In this document: positions 1 to 10,397 of the stretch, piece after piece
How the letters are laid out: every line of letters begins with the position of its first letter
Position numbering within the stretch: the first letter of the stretch is position 1
NCBI GenBank assembly: GCA_044866005.1
Contig: JBIOTN010000067.1
Coordinates: 15,068 to 79,067 of the forward strand
Origin: Candidatus Rokuibacteriota bacterium
GTDB taxonomy: Bacteria > Methylomirabilota > Methylomirabilia > Rokubacteriales > DASRDR01
Direction of reading: 5' to 3'
DNA length: 64,000 nt
Translations under genes and position numbers: made by a program
The notes under the pieces: generated by a model
What the model was told of the DNA's origin: nothing
Database searches by the model: none
The model's input: the letters and a program-made list of their open reading frames with translations, nothing else

Positions 1-2
1 TC

Positions 3-3000
3 CTGAAGGCGCGCTCGGCCCTGGAAGGTGAACGCCGCCACGTGAGCGTCCTGTTCGCCGACCTGGCGGGCTTCACGACGCTCGCGGAGCGGCTGGATCC
101 GGAAGACGTACACCAGATCATCGACCGCTGCTTCGAGTCGATCACCGCGGAGGTGCACCGCTTCGAAGGGACGATCAACCAGTACACGGGGGACGGGGTG
201 ATGGCGCTCTTCGGCGCACCCATCGCCCACGAGGACGGCCCGCGGCGCGCGGTCCACGCGGCGCTGGCAATCCAGCGCGCCGTGCGGGAGGAGAGCCGGA
301 AACTGCAGGCGGAGCGAGGGCTCACGCTCGACCTGCGCGTGGGAGTCCACACGGGGCCGGTGGTCGTCGGTCGCATCGGGGACGACCTGCGCATGGACTA
401 CACGGCGGTCGGCGACACGACCAACCTGGCCGCCCGGCTCCAACAACTCGCGCGCCCGGGAAGCGTGGTGGTGAGCGAGGCCACCCATCGGCTGGTCGGC
501 GGCTTCTTCGAGACGCGGGACCTCGGCGACGTGGCGGTGAAGGGGCACGACCCGGTCCGCGCGTTCGAGGTCCTGCGGCCGCGGGGCCGGCGAACCCGAC
601 TCGACGTGGCCGTCGAGCGCGGCCTCACACCGCTCGTCGGCCGATCGCGCGAGCTGGCCATTCTCCTCGACCGGTTCGGGGAGGTCAAGGCGGGGCGGGG
701 GCAGGTCGTCTTCGTCGCCGGCGAGGCCGGGATCGGGAAGTCCAGACTCGTGCTGGAGTTCCGGCGGGCGCTGGCTCAAGCGGGAGCCGGCGTGACCTGG
801 CTCGAAGGGCGGTGCGTCTCCTTCGGGCAGTCGATCCCCTTTCTGCCCTTGATCGATCAGCTCCGCGAGAACTTCAGAATCGAAGAGTTCGACGGCGAGC
901 CCGAGATCATCGCCAAGGTCGAGCACGGAATGCGCCGGATGGGCGAGCTGGAGGCGCACATCCCGTACGTGCGGTATCTGCTCGCGGTGGACCCGGGCGA
1001 CCCGGCGATCTCCGCCATGGACGCCGCGGCGCGGCGGAAGAGGATGTTCGACGCCTGCCGTGCGCTCGCCATCCGTGGCGCGGCGCTCCGGCCCGTCGTC
1101 TTCGTCTTCGAGGACCTCCACTGGATCGACACGAGCACCGAGGAGTACCTCGGCTCGCTGATGGACTCGGTGGCGGGCGTCCCACTGCTGCTGATCCTCA
1201 CCTATCGGGTCGGGTACACGCCGCCGTTCGGCGGCCGGAGCTTCCACACGCCCCTCACCCTCCACAGCCTCTCCGAGACCGAGAGCCTGACGTTGGCCGG
1301 GCGGGTCCTCGGCAGCGACGACTTCCCCGACGAGCTCAAGACCGCGCTGATGGAGAAGGCCGAAGGGGTGCCGCTCTTCGTCGAAGAGGTCACGAAGACA
1401 CTCCTCGATCTCGGCGTGCTGCGTCGCGAGGACGGCGAGTACCGCATGGTGAAGGGCGTATCCGAGGTGAGCGTTCCGGACACCATTCAGGGGATCATCA
1501 TGGCCCGGTTGGATCGGCTCGGGGAGGACGGGAAACGGGCGGTCCAGCTCGCGTCGGTCATCGGGCGGCAGTTCCTGGTCCGGCTTCTGGAGCGGATCGC
1601 CGGCCTGAGCGGGCGGCTGGAGGGCCTGCTGGCGGAGCTCAAAGCGCTGGAGATCATCTACGAGCATGCGCTCTTCCCCGAGCCGGCGTACATCTTCAAG
1701 CACGCGGTGATCCAGGACGTCGCCTACAACAGCCTCCTGGTTCAGCGCCGCAAGGAACTCCACAAGGCCGTCGGGTACGCCATCGAGGAGCTGTACGCCG
1801 ACCGCCTCGCCGAGCACCACGAGGAGCTGGCGCACCACTTCGCCCAGGGGGAGGAGTGGCGGAAGGCGATGGAGTACAGCCTGGTGGCCGGGGACAGGGC
1901 CGCCCAGAAGTTCGCGAACGCGGAAGCGGCGAAGCACTACACCCGGACACTGCAGGCGGCCTATGCCGTCTCGCCGGTACCGGAGCCCGAGGTCCTGGCG
2001 GGGTTACACGTCAAACACGCGGCGGTGCGCACGCTCCTGGCCGACTACGAAGGGGCGGTATCGCAGTACGGCGCGGCCCGGGCCCTGATCCAGCAGACCG
2101 GCAACCGGAAGCAGGAAGTCGAGATCCTGATGGGGCTCGGCTTCGCCTACAGCTTTTATCACAAGCCGGAGCCGGCCTTGGAGGCCGTGGACGAGGCCCT
2201 CGCCATCGCGCGGGAGATCGACGACCGCAGCTCGCAGGCCGCCTGCCTCGTCACGCGTGCCGAGGCGGTCGCCTCCGGCTACGGGCGGGTCATCGAGGCG
2301 GCGTCGAACATCGAGGAAGCGGTCCGGCTGTCCGAAGAGATCCCGAACCCGCTCCTGCGGGCGCGGGTGCTCGTCTTCACGGGCCGGATCGTCCAGTGGC
2401 GGGGGGAATTCGACCGCGCGATCATGGTGCTGGAGGAAGGGACCGAGTTCGCGCGCCGCGAGCACTTGGGATTCCTCTTCGGGCTCGGTCTCTTCACGCT
2501 CGGACACGCCCACCTGGCGAAGGGCGATTTCGAAGCGGCCCTTCGGCGCTACCACGAGCTCCGCCACTATGCCGAGGGGGCCGGGGACAAGCTCTACATC
2601 GTGCGCGCCCCGAACTGTCTCGCGGGCGCCCACCTGGAACTCTACGACCTGGACGAGGCGATCCGTCTGAACGAAGAGGGGGACGACGTGGCGAAGCGGC
2701 TCTGGCCCTGGCCGGAGCCGCGCGGCCACTCGCTGGTGAAGCTCGGACTGGCCCATCTCTGGCGAGGCGACCACGGCCGCGCGCAACAGGCGTTCCAGCA
2801 GGCGTGGGGACTGCTGGAGGACGATCCGTGGGCCCGCTGGCGCTGGCACGTCCCGCTCCTGGCGGCGCTCGGCGAGATGGCGCTCACCGAGCACCGGCTC
2901 GAGGAGGCCTGGGGGCATGCCACTCGTTCCCTGGAGCTGGCCACCGAGTCGGACTCGCGCAAGCACGTGACCCGGGCTCAGCGTCTTCGAGGCCAGATCC

Positions 3001-3299
3001 TGGCGGCGCAGGGACGGCTCGAGGACGGGGCACGCGCGCTCGAGGTGTCGGTCACGCTGGCCGAAGCCCTGGGGACGCCGCGCGAGGTGTGGATGGGGAA
3101 AGCGGCGCTCGCGGACGTGCTGGCGCGACTGGGCCGGGACAGGGACGCCGAGCGGCTCCTCGCCCAGGCCGCCGGAACGATCGACTCGATCGCGGAAAAG
3201 CTCACCACGCCGGGCCTGCGCCGGAGCTTCCTCGGCGGCGGCCCGGTCCTGGACGTCTACCGAGCGCTGGGGCGCCGCCCGCCTCCGAACGCGCCATGA
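3..3299 (+). CDS. Class III adenylate/guanylate cyclase domain + AAA ATPase + TPR protein (5'-truncated by window edge)
   Basis: ERRHVSVLFADLAGFT, GDGVMALFG and GDTTNLAARL cyclase motifs; GEAGIGKS Walker A; C-terminal helical repeats; the frame is open upstream of position 42 to the window start. Confidence 0.9.
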   Translation: MKARSALEGERRHVSVLFADLAGFTTLAERLDPEDVHQIIDRCFESITAEVHRFEGTINQYTGDGVMALFGAPIAHEDGPRRAVHAALAIQRAVREESRKLQAERGLTLDLRVGVHTGPVVVGRIGDDLRMDYTAVGDTTNLAARLQQLARPGSVVVSEATHRLVGGFFETRDLGDVAVKGHDPVRAFEVLRPRGRRTRLDVAVERGLTPLVGRSRELAILLDRFGEVKAGRGQVVFVAGEAGIGKSRLVLEFRRALAQAGAGVTWLEGRCVSFGQSIPFLPLIDQLRENFRIEEFDGEPEIIAKVEHGMRRMGELEAHIPYVRYLLAVDPGDPAISAMDAAARRKRMFDACRALAIRGAALRPVVFVFEDLHWIDTSTEEYLGSLMDSVAGVPLLLILTYRVGYTPPFGGRSFHTPLTLHSLSETESLTLAGRVLGSDDFPDELKTALMEKAEGVPLFVEEVTKTLLDLGVLRREDGEYRMVKGVSEVSVPDTIQGIIMARLDRLGEDGKRAVQLASVIGRQFLVRLLERIAGLSGRLEGLLAELKALEIIYEHALFPEPAYIFKHAVIQDVAYNSLLVQRRKELHKAVGYAIEELYADRLAEHHEELAHHFAQGEEWRKAMEYSLVAGDRAAQKFANAEAAKHYTRTLQAAYAVSPVPEPEVLAGLHVKHAAVRTLLADYEGAVSQYGAARALIQQTGNRKQEVEILMGLGFAYSFYHKPEPALEAVDEALAIAREIDDRSSQAACLVTRAEAVASGYGRVIEAASNIEEAVRLSEEIPNPLLRARVLVFTGRIVQWRGEFDRAIMVLEEGTEFARREHLGFLFGLGLFTLGHAHLAKGDFEAALRRYHELRHYAEGAGDKLYIVRAPNCLAGAHLELYDLDEAIRLNEEGDDVAKRLWPWPEPRGHSLVKLGLAHLWRGDHGRAQQAFQQAWGLLEDDPWARWRWHVPLLAALGEMALTEHRLEEAWGHATRSLELATESDSRKHVTRAQRLRGQILAAQGRLEDGARALEVSVTLAEALGTPREVWMGKAALADVLARLGRDRDAERLLAQAAGTIDSIAEKLTTPGLRRSFLGGGPVLDVYRALGRRPPPNAP

Positions 3300-3389
3300 T
3301 CCTCCCGCGGGGAGACCCAGAACAGATCGCCGGTCCGAGAAGCGAGCAGCCCCAGGCGAAAGGGAAGAGGCTCACCGCAGCGGGAGCGA

Positions 3390-3509
3390 GCCGGGCCGAG
3401 ACCCGAGCAGATCAAGGACGCAGGACCGAGCGCGGCCGAGGCGTATGCCGCATACGTTGAGGCCGCGCGAAGGCCGAGGACGCCGAGATGCGACGGGTAT
3501 CGGCCCGGC
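3390..3509. repeat. Dispersed palindromic (MITE/REP-like) element, copy 1
   Basis: Ends GCCGGGCCGA...TCGGCCCGGC form a 10-bp terminal IR; internal hairpin CGTATG-CCG-CATACG; both ends match 44444-44518 in reverse orientation; lies between convergent genes. Confidence 0.6.
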
Positions 3510-3517
3510 TGGCCCGG

Positions 3518-5365
3518 CTACGCCATGAAGCGGTCGTAGCGGCCGTAGTCCCGCGCCGCATCCATGAACCACTGGACGATCTCGGGCCGGGAGCGCGGCG
3601 GGATCTCGCACGACGTCGACAGGATGAACGCGGAGTGGCGCGCGGCCGTGTCCACGCAGCGGCGCACCTCGGCCTCGATCTCGGCCCGGGTGGCGCGCTC
3701 GAAGAGCGTCGCGTCCACGTTGCCGATCGCCACGACGCGCTTCTTCGCCACGTCCATGAACCGGGCGAGCTGGTCGACCTTGAGGGCGGGGTCCCCCTGC
3801 TGGTCGAGGTCGAAGGAGATCGTCGTGAAGCCGCACTGGATCAGGTCGTCGTAGATCGGGTACGTGGTGCCGCAGATGTGGGTCGTGAGCCCGACCTTCT
3901 TCGCCTTGAAGTGCTCGACCAGCTCCTTGTGGTACGGGGCGATGAACTCGCGGTAGTTGTCCGGCGAGATCAGGCTGATGGAGGCGGTGGGCTCCGAGAA
4001 CGAGAGCCCGATCTTGCTCTGCACGATCTCGTCGCCCCACCGCTTGCAGAACTCCGTGGTGAAGCGCATCAGCTCGTGGATGAAGCCCGGGTCCTCGAAC
4101 GTGTCGAGGAGCATCACCTCCGGGTTCCGCATCAGCATGGCGATCGTCCACGGGCCGACCGCGACCGCCCCGACGGCCGTGGGGAGCTTCGCCGCCATCA
4201 GGCCCTCGCAGACCTCGAGGAAGGCCGGGAGGCGTCCGTCCCGCCGCGGGTCCGGGATCTCGAGCGTCGCCAGCTTCGCCTTGTCCTCCTGCAGCACGTG
4301 GGTCTCGATCGACGGCACGACGTAGTCGGAGTACTTGACCCGGCAGCCGGTCGCCTCGGCCTCCTTGGCCAGGTCGTTGTAGGCGAGCACGACGTCGGGC
4401 TGGTGGCGCTCGTAGTAGTTGAGCATCGCCTGCACGGCCTTGCCCGGCGTGGTGCAGAACTCTTCGATGGAGAGCCCGTCCAGCGTCCCCGCGTACGAGG
4501 CCACGATCGGGTAGACGGGCACGCGGTCGGCGAACGAGCGCTTGTAGGCGGCGACGACCCGGTCGCGCCCCGTGTACTGCGCCTTGCCCTTCTCCACGTC
4601 CCAGAGCTTGTTGACCTCCATGTACTTCGGGGGAAGCTTCGCCTCGTACTCCATGAACTGGGTGATGGGATAGCGGATCCCGCCCTTGTGGGTGCCTTCC
4701 AGCCCCTCGACGATCTCGCCCATCTTCGCCCACGGGATGGTGAAGGCCATCTCGTGGTCCTGCGTCTGCCCGAAGATCCGGTCGCCGGAGCAGGGGAGGA
4801 TCACCTGCGGCTCGCCGGTCTGCATGGTCGTGACGATGATGTCGGCGCAGACGATCCGGCCCTGGAACGACGAGGCGAGCCGGCCGCCGCGCTTCCACAG
4901 CGCCGCCTGCGTGAGCCGCATGACCTGGGCCGGGTTCGCGTAGACGACGACCAGGTCCGGCTCGAACGTCGTGCGGTCGAGCGGGCTGACGAGGAGACAG
5001 CTGTACTCGCCCGGCGCGAACTTGTCCACGGCCGCTTCGGACCGCGCGCCCGCCTCCTTCGTCTCCGTGTACATTCCCTCGCAGAGCGTGCCCGAGGTGT
5101 AGAGGTGGGTCGGTTTCTCGAAGCCGAGCGCGGTGATCCCGAGCGAGCAGATGTGGTCCTCGCGGGTCAGCGCGATCGTCCAGCCGTAGCGCCGCGCCAT
5201 GTCGATGACCTGGCAGTTCATGGAGAGCTTGCCGAAGTCGCGGGCGGGTCGCTTCGCCTTCTCGGGGATCGGCTCGCCCGGGCGCAGCATCCGGACCGCG
5301 ACCGGGAAGGTCTGCGGCCGGAGGTAGGTCTGCAGGGCCTGGTCGGCGCTCTTGGGGTCCACCAT
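3518..5365 (-). CDS. DUF169-like domain fused to uroporphyrinogen decarboxylase/MtaA-CmuA methyltransferase-like domain
   Basis: N-terminal Cys pattern (NCQ, HIC, IVCAD, LPCSGDR) resembles DUF169; C-terminal DRVPVYP, GPWTIA, THICG, AIGNVD and ILSTSCEIP motifs are URO-D superfamily. Confidence 0.75.
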   Translation of the reverse strand: MVDPKSADQALQTYLRPQTFPVAVRMLRPGEPIPEKAKRPARDFGKLSMNCQVIDMARRYGWTIALTREDHICSLGITALGFEKPTHLYTSGTLCEGMYTETKEAGARSEAAVDKFAPGEYSCLLVSPLDRTTFEPDLVVVYANPAQVMRLTQAALWKRGGRLASSFQGRIVCADIIVTTMQTGEPQVILPCSGDRIFGQTQDHEMAFTIPWAKMGEIVEGLEGTHKGGIRYPITQFMEYEAKLPPKYMEVNKLWDVEKGKAQYTGRDRVVAAYKRSFADRVPVYPIVASYAGTLDGLSIEEFCTTPGKAVQAMLNYYERHQPDVVLAYNDLAKEAEATGCRVKYSDYVVPSIETHVLQEDKAKLATLEIPDPRRDGRLPAFLEVCEGLMAAKLPTAVGAVAVGPWTIAMLMRNPEVMLLDTFEDPGFIHELMRFTTEFCKRWGDEIVQSKIGLSFSEPTASISLISPDNYREFIAPYHKELVEHFKAKKVGLTTHICGTTYPIYDDLIQCGFTTISFDLDQQGDPALKVDQLARFMDVAKKRVVAIGNVDATLFERATRAEIEAEVRRCVDTAARHSAFILSTSCEIPPRSRPEIVQWFMDAARDYGRYDRFMA

Positions 5366-5560
5366 CGACTCTCCTTCGCTTCGCCGCGGCGTCGTTCAAA
5401 CGCGCGAAATTTCGACTCCGAGCGTACTCGTCGGCCTCTGCGGTGTCAACCGCGCGCCGCGCTCGAGGCCGCGCACCCGCGCCGGGGAGACCGGTATACT
5501 GGGGCGGGGGCGGCCAAGACATCCCGTGCCCGTTTGCGCGAGCCGGAGAGGAGGAGCGCG

Positions 5561-6028
5561 ATGGCCGAGCTGATCCACGTCTCCCGGGTCAGGATCGTGA
5601 AGGACAAGGGGCCGGTGCGGCGCGCCTACATCGAGCAGTTCCCGGACCCGGTGCGCTACGGCGTCCACGGCGGCATCAAAGACTTCTACGGGGTGGACCC
5701 GGTGGAGGAGCTGCCCACCACCCTCGACCACGTGATCGCGGCGGTCGCAGGGTGAATGACCGGGACGCTAGCCGGGGCGCTAGCGGCGCGGAAGATCCCG
5801 ACCCAGCCCGATCGCCTCTCCTCCGAGGTCGAGGGATTCATCGAGAACGTGGACGGCAAGCCCTTGATCACCCGGATCAAGGTCCACTACAAGCTCCGGG
5901 TCCCTCCGGGCAAGCGCGCAGAAGCGCTGCGGGCGATCGAGGTGCATGAGCAGGGCTGCCCGGCGTCCCAATCAGTCAGGCGCGGCATCGCGATCGAGTG
6001 GGACGGCGACGTGCACGAGGAGGCTTGA
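5561..6028 (+). CDS. OsmC-like protein, putative selenoprotein (U65; AAVAG-U-MTGT ... GCPAS)
   Basis: RBS GAGGAG then ATG 5561; in-frame TGA 5753-5755 at the OsmC first-Cys position; frame continues to 6028 with second Cys (CPAS); hairpin 5766-5785. Confidence 0.8.
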
Positions 6029-6145
6029 GCGCCACTCGGCCCGTCGCCGGCTCGCGGCCGCGCGCGCAGTGTTATCATTGAAGCGTCGAGGAGGCGTCGG
6101 GCCGCGTCGCGGGCCCGCAAACCAGTGGTTGCCCGGAGGTCCGAG

Positions 6146-7027
6146 ATGGACATCGGCACGTTGCGGTTGAAGGTCGGCTTCGCGGAGATGTTGAAGGGCG
6201 GCGTCGTCATGGACGTGACGACCGCCGAGCAGGCCCGGATCGCGGAGGACGCCGGCGCCTGCGCGGTGATGGCGCTGGAGCGGGTCCCCGCCGACATCCG
6301 CCGGGAGGGCGGGGTCGCCCGGATGGCCAGCGTCCGGAAGGTCCGCGAGATCATCGACGCCGTCTCCATCCCCGTCATGGCGAAGTGCCGCATCGGGCAC
6401 TTCGTCGAGGCCCAGATCCTCCAGGCGCTCGGCGTGGACTACATCGACGAGTCCGAGGTCCTGACCCCCGCGGACGAGCACTTCCACGTGGACAAGTTCG
6501 CCTTCACCGTGCCCTTCGTGTGCGGCGCGCGGGACCTCGGCGAGGCCCTCCGCCGGATCGGGGAAGGGGCGGCGATGATCCGCACCAAGGGCGAGGCGGG
6601 CTCGGGGAACATCGTGGAGGCCGTGCGGCACATCCGAAAGGTCATCGGCCACATCAAGCGGCTCACGACGCTGGGCCCGGAGGAGCTGATGGCCGAGGCC
6701 AAGGAGCTCGGGGCGCCCTACGAGCTCGTCCGGTGGGTCGCGCGCGAGGGCCGGCTGCCGGTGCCGAACTTCGCGGCGGGCGGCGTGGCGACCCCCGCCG
6801 ACGCGGCGCTCATGATGCAGCTCGGCGCCGAGGCGATCTTCGTCGGCTCGGGCGTCTTCAAGTCCGCCGACCCCGCCGCGCGCGCCCGCGCCATCGTCCA
6901 GGCGACGACCCACTACCGCGACCCGGACGTCCTGGCGAAGGTCTCGGAGGCGCTCGGCGAGGCGATGCCGGGCATCGAGACCTCCAAGCTGCCGGCGTCC
7001 GAACGGCTCGAGACGCGCGGCTGGTGA
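6146..7027 (+). CDS. pdxS: Pyridoxal 5'-phosphate synthase lyase subunit
   Basis: [28 protein letters not shown] and PVPNFAAGG motifs; GGAGG RBS before ATG 6146. Confidence 0.95.
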   Translation: MDIGTLRLKVGFAEMLKGGVVMDVTTAEQARIAEDAGACAVMALERVPADIRREGGVARMASVRKVREIIDAVSIPVMAKCRIGHFVEAQILQALGVDYIDESEVLTPADEHFHVDKFAFTVPFVCGARDLGEALRRIGEGAAMIRTKGEAGSGNIVEAVRHIRKVIGHIKRLTTLGPEELMAEAKELGAPYELVRWVAREGRLPVPNFAAGGVATPADAALMMQLGAEAIFVGSGVFKSADPAARARAIVQATTHYRDPDVLAKVSEALGEAMPGIETSKLPASERLETRGW

Positions 7028-7110
7028 CCCCGGGCGCGGGCCCCGCGGCCGACGTCCCGGTCGAGGTGGACCCGGCCGGCCGGCCGTCGCGGGCGCCGGG
7101 TCGAGAGGGG

Positions 7111-7698
7111 ATGCGGATCGGGGTCCTGGCGCTCCAGGGGGACTTCGCCGCGCACACGCGGGCGCTCGGTCGCCTGGGCATCGAGGCGCCGGAAGTCCGG
7201 AAACCCGCCGAGCTCGCGCGCCTCGACGGCCTCGTCCTCCCCGGCGGCGAGAGCACGACCCTGCTCACGCTGATGGGCGAGGAGTTCCCGCCGGCGCTCC
7301 GCGCCTTCCACGCGGCCGGCAAGCCGCTCTACGGGACCTGCGCGGGATTGATCGTGCTCGCCCGGGAGGTGCTCGGCCCGCGCCAGCCCTCCGTCGGGCT
7401 GATCGACCTCACGGTCGAGCGCAACGCGTACGGCCGCCAGCGCGAGTCCTTCGAAGCGGAGGGCGAGGCGCGGCTCGGCGGCGCGCCCGCGCCGCTGCGC
7501 ATGGTCTTCATCCGCGCCCCGCGTATCGTCCGCGCGGGGCCCGGCGTGACGACGCTCGCCACGTGGAAGGACGAGCCCGTGCTGGTCCGGGAGGGGCCGG
7601 TCCTGGCGAGCACGTTCCACCCCGAGTTGACGGACGAGCTCGCCATCCACCGGTACCTGGCGCAGATGGTCGTGGCGGCCGGCCGGCCGTCGGGCTGA
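7111..7698 (+). CDS. pdxT: PLP synthase glutaminase subunit
   Basis: MRIGVLALQGDF, PGGESTT, GTCAGLI and FHPE motifs; follows pdxS. Confidence 0.95.
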   Translation: MRIGVLALQGDFAAHTRALGRLGIEAPEVRKPAELARLDGLVLPGGESTTLLTLMGEEFPPALRAFHAAGKPLYGTCAGLIVLAREVLGPRQPSVGLIDLTVERNAYGRQRESFEAEGEARLGGAPAPLRMVFIRAPRIVRAGPGVTTLATWKDEPVLVREGPVLASTFHPELTDELAIHRYLAQMVVAAGRPSG

Positions 7699-7739
7699 CC
7701 GCCGCCACCTCGGTCCGTGCGAGGGCTCGGGAGGTGGCC

Positions 7740-9482
7740 GTGAGCCGATCGGGCAAGGCGGCGCGCGGGGCGCGGCGGCGACCGCGGGCGGCCCGGTCCC
7801 GGGCCGCGCGGCGGGGCAAGCCGCTCGAGCGGGGTCTCGCGCGGGGCGCGGCCAACTACGTCCCGCTCACGCCGATCTCGTTCCTCGCCCGCGCCGCCGG
7901 CATCTATCCGACCAAGGCGGCGGTGATCCACGGCGAGCGGACGTACAGCTATGCCGAGCTCTTCGCCCGCTGCCGCCGGCTCGCCTCGGCCCTCGTCCGG
8001 CGCGGCATCGGCCGGGGGGACACCGTCGCGATCATGGCCCCGAACGTCCCGGCCATGCTCGAGGCGCACTACGGCGTGCCGATGGCCGGGGCGGTGCTGA
8101 ACGCGCTGAACTACCGCCTCGACGCCCGATCCATCGCCTTCATGCTCGAGCACGGCCGGGCCAGGCTCCTGATCACGGACACGGAGTTCTCGGCCACGAT
8201 CGGCCCGGCGCTCGCCCTGGTGAAGCGTCCGCTGCCCGTCATCGACATCGACGACCCGCTCGGCGGCGAGGACCGGGCCGGGAAGTTGCTCGGGGAGACG
8301 GACTACGAGGCCTTCCTGCGGGAGGGCGATCCCGAGTTCGCCTGGCCGGCCCCCGCCGACGAGTGGCAGGCGATCTGCCTCCTCTACACCTCGGGGACGA
8401 CGGGGGACCCCAAAGGCGTCGTCTACCACCATCGCGGCGCCTACCTGAACGCCCTCGGCAACGCGCTCGCGTTCGGCCTGTCGCCGCGCACCGTCTATCT
8501 CTGGACCCTGCCGATGTTCCACTGTAGCGGCTGGACCTACACCTGGGCCGTCACGGCGGTCGGCGGGACGCACGTCTGCCTCCGCCGCGTGGATCCGGCG
8601 CGGGTCTTCCAGGCGATCCAGGCCCACGGCGTCACGCACATGTGCGGGGCCCCCGTCGTCATGACCATGCTCGTCCACGCGCCCGCCGAGGCGAAGGTGA
8701 CATTCGACCACGTCGTGGAGATCGCGACCGGCGGCGCGGCCCCGCCGTCGGCCGTCATCCGGGCGATGGAGGCGATGGGCTTCCGGGTCACGCACCTCTA
8801 CGGCCTCACCGAGACCTACGGGCCGGCCACGCTCTGCGCCTGGCAGGCGGGCTGGGACGGCCTCGGGCTCGCGGAGCGCGCCGCCCTCATGGCGCGCCAG
8901 GGGGTGGCCTACCCGACGCTCGGCGCGGTCACGGTCGCCGAGCCCCGGACGCTGCGCCCGGTGCCGCGCGACGGCCAGACGATCGGCGAGGTGATGATCC
9001 GCGGCAACACCGTGATGAAGGGCTACCTCGGGAACCCGCGCGCCACGACCGAGGCGTTCCGGGGCGGGTGGTTCCACACCGGCGACCTGGCCGTCTGGCA
9101 TCCCGACGGCTACATCGAGATCAAGGACCGGTCGAAGGACATCATCATCTCCGGCGGCGAGAACATCTCCTCGCTGGAGGTCGAGGAGGTCCTCTACCGC
9201 CATCCCGCGGTGATGGAGGCCGCCGTCGTCGCGAAGCCGGACGAGAAGTGGGGAGAGACGCCCTGCGCCTTCGTCACGCCGAAGCCCGGCGCCGGCGAGG
9301 TCACCGCCCGGGAGATCGTCGACTGGTGCCGCGCGAACCTGGCCCGGTTCAAGGTGCCGCGGCACGTCGTGTTCGGGCCGCTCCCCAAGACCTCGACCGG
9401 GAAGATCCAGAAGTTCGTCCTGCGCGAGCGGGCGAAGACGGGGCTCCCGTCGGAGAGCGGAGGCGGCGGGCGCGCGGAGTGA
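7740..9482 (+). CDS. Acyl-CoA synthetase (AMP-forming)
   Basis: YTSGTTGDPKG, YGLTET, WFHTGD, GGENISS and LPKTSTGKIQK motifs; start approximate. Confidence 0.9.
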   Translation: MSRSGKAARGARRRPRAARSRAARRGKPLERGLARGAANYVPLTPISFLARAAGIYPTKAAVIHGERTYSYAELFARCRRLASALVRRGIGRGDTVAIMAPNVPAMLEAHYGVPMAGAVLNALNYRLDARSIAFMLEHGRARLLITDTEFSATIGPALALVKRPLPVIDIDDPLGGEDRAGKLLGETDYEAFLREGDPEFAWPAPADEWQAICLLYTSGTTGDPKGVVYHHRGAYLNALGNALAFGLSPRTVYLWTLPMFHCSGWTYTWAVTAVGGTHVCLRRVDPARVFQAIQAHGVTHMCGAPVVMTMLVHAPAEAKVTFDHVVEIATGGAAPPSAVIRAMEAMGFRVTHLYGLTETYGPATLCAWQAGWDGLGLAERAALMARQGVAYPTLGAVTVAEPRTLRPVPRDGQTIGEVMIRGNTVMKGYLGNPRATTEAFRGGWFHTGDLAVWHPDGYIEIKDRSKDIIISGGENISSLEVEEVLYRHPAVMEAAVVAKPDEKWGETPCAFVTPKPGAGEVTAREIVDWCRANLARFKVPRHVVFGPLPKTSTGKIQKFVLRERAKTGLPSESGGGGRAE

Positions 9483-9511
9483 TGCCGCGCCGGCCGGGGG
9501 AAGGCCGAGCG

Positions 9512-10381
9512 TCAGGACGGCAGCCCGAACAGCGAGCTGACCCGCTGCGCCTCGACCATCGCCGCCATCTCCGCGTCGGGAGGACGGCGGCGGACGCGGC
9601 TCGCGGCCTCCAGGACCCGGGGAAGCAAGGCCAGGTCTGCCGGCGTGTCGAGGAAGACATCGGGCAGGCCGAGCGCCCAGTGCACCGCCCGGTCGATGTC
9701 GGCCGGCTCCTCGAGCGGCTGGTACCAGGTGGTGCGCGTCCGGTCTGCCGTGGCCCAGGGCCCGCGCGCGATGGCCTTGATGACCTGGACCGCGACCTGC
9801 CGCTCGCGGCAGATGCTCAGCAGTGCCTCGACGTCCGCGCGGTAGCGCTCGCTCTGGGCCATCAAGAAGTTATACGGCAGCAGCACCGTGTCGAAGTCGA
9901 AGCGCGCGAGGCTGCGCTTGTGCATGGCGGGGATCGTCCAGCCGTGACCGGTCACCCCGATAAAGCGCGCGAGCCCCTGCTCGCGGGCCTCGATCGCCGC
10001 CTCCAGGGCGCCGCCCGGTCCCATGGCCTGCTCCCACTCGTCGGGGTGGCCCAGCGAGTGCAGCTGGATCAGGTCGACGTGGTCCACCCGGAGCCGGTCG
10101 AGCGAGCGGTGAAGCTCCTCGCGGGCGCCGTCGCGGGTGCGCATGGCGGTCTTCGTCGCGAGGAAGAACTCCTTCCGGTGCCCGGCCATCCACGGGCCGA
10201 TGCGGAGCTCGGAGTCCCCGTACCGCGCCGCGGTGTCGATGTGGTTGACGCCGTGCCGCAAGAGCAGGTCCAGGGCGCGGTCGGCCTCCGCCTGCGGGCA
10301 CCGGGCGAGGGCGGCCGCCCCGAAGATGGTCACCGTGCTGAGGTGACCGGTGCGTCCGAAGGGTCGCCGTTCGATCATCAC
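9512..10381 (-). CDS. Aldo/keto reductase
   Basis: [20 protein letters not shown] and DHVDLIQLH motifs. Confidence 0.9.
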   Translation of the reverse strand: MMIERRPFGRTGHLSTVTIFGAAALARCPQAEADRALDLLLRHGVNHIDTAARYGDSELRIGPWMAGHRKEFFLATKTAMRTRDGAREELHRSLDRLRVDHVDLIQLHSLGHPDEWEQAMGPGGALEAAIEAREQGLARFIGVTGHGWTIPAMHKRSLARFDFDTVLLPYNFLMAQSERYRADVEALLSICRERQVAVQVIKAIARGPWATADRTRTTWYQPLEEPADIDRAVHWALGLPDVFLDTPADLALLPRVLEAASRVRRRPPDAEMAAMVEAQRVSSLFGLPS

Positions 10382-10397
10382 GCGGCTCCTCGCGGCC

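Noticed and set aside
812..3460. Long alternative-frame and antisense ORFs (e.g. 812-3460, 3488-5755, 10350-13022, 49025-50962)
   Set aside because: Arg/Pro/Gly-rich shadow ORFs expected at this GC content, overlapping genes with clear motifs. Only the last 65 codons of 3488-5755 are used (OsmC N-terminus).
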